Positions 4,096 through 4,278 of a DNA stretch of 4,278 nt are shown here, in pieces. The translations under genes were made by a program, and so were the position numbers. Where the stretch lies: the IMG/VR virus record IMGVR_UViG_2703718871_000027. One strand, written 5' to 3'. The stretch's first letter is position 1. Each line of letters opens with the position of its first letter. Under the pieces are notes generated by a model that was not told the DNA's origin, searched no databases, and saw only the letters and a list, made by a program, of their open reading frames with translations. The stretch is from a virus. Lineage: Duplodnaviria; Heunggongvirae; Uroviricota; Caudoviricetes.

Positions 4096-4278
4096 ATGAA
4101 AAAGAAAATTTCTGGCTTAACTGCTAGTGGCAACACTCACCCTAAATTTACGCGCGGCGATATTTACCGCGACCAGTACGGCGGCACGGTAACGATTAAA
4201 GGTGTAGAAGAGCGACGCATTACCTACCGCCGTGAAGGCTACGAATATGACTGCGTGATGCCTGTTTATCAGTTCCGG
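4096..4278 (+). CDS. Small prophage protein, 3'-truncated by the window end; resembles the DUF4222-type small proteins of enterobacterial P4-like islands (from memory, not searched)
   Basis: ATG 4096, open to the window end (61 codons). Motif YRDQYGGTVTIKGVEERRITYRREGYEYDCVMPVYQF matches my recollection of the DUF4222 pattern (Y.D..G..V.......V.F.R.GY...C..P...F). Weak SD. Confidence 0.5.
   Translation, partial: MKKKISGLTASGNTHPKFTRGDIYRDQYGGTVTIKGVEERRITYRREGYEYDCVMPVYQFR

Noticed and set aside
1-4278. tRNA gene or att core expected next to a P4-type integrase
   Set aside because: No tRNA-like cloverleaf or obvious att repeat could be found in the window. The integrase starts at position 1, so the attachment site presumably lies upstream, outside the window.

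Overview
This window looks like the integrase-proximal end of a P4/CP4-57-like integrative element (prophage remnant or satellite/PICI-type island). It encodes a P4-type tyrosine integrase (1-1230, +) and an AlpA-family regulator (1605-1793, +). The most interesting part is a tandem pair of diverged paralogous regulatory cassettes of about 0.74 kb each (about 2070-2745 and 2787-3490; the core copies are offset by exactly 741 bp, a multiple of 3). Each cassette has a leftward two-gene operon (a 59-aa ribbon-helix-helix-like protein A followed by a 67-75-aa protein B of unknown function), a divergent promoter region with three palindromic operator-like sites, and a rightward leader with a GC-rich hairpin, RBS and conserved ORF start. 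The operator sequence differs between cassettes (GGTGTATTTCACC versus GTGTT-N-AACAC), and the A paralogs differ mostly in the predicted DNA-reading beta-strand, so I read this as two switches of different specificity. Cassette 2 opens into a rightward operon of three translationally coupled small ORFs (3444-4079) and a 3'-truncated ORF (4096-4278). A 1569-nt stop-free frame on the + strand (1888-3456) is judged an antisense artefact. All calls are from reading the sequence and the ORF track; no database search was possible, so family assignments for the small proteins are inference.
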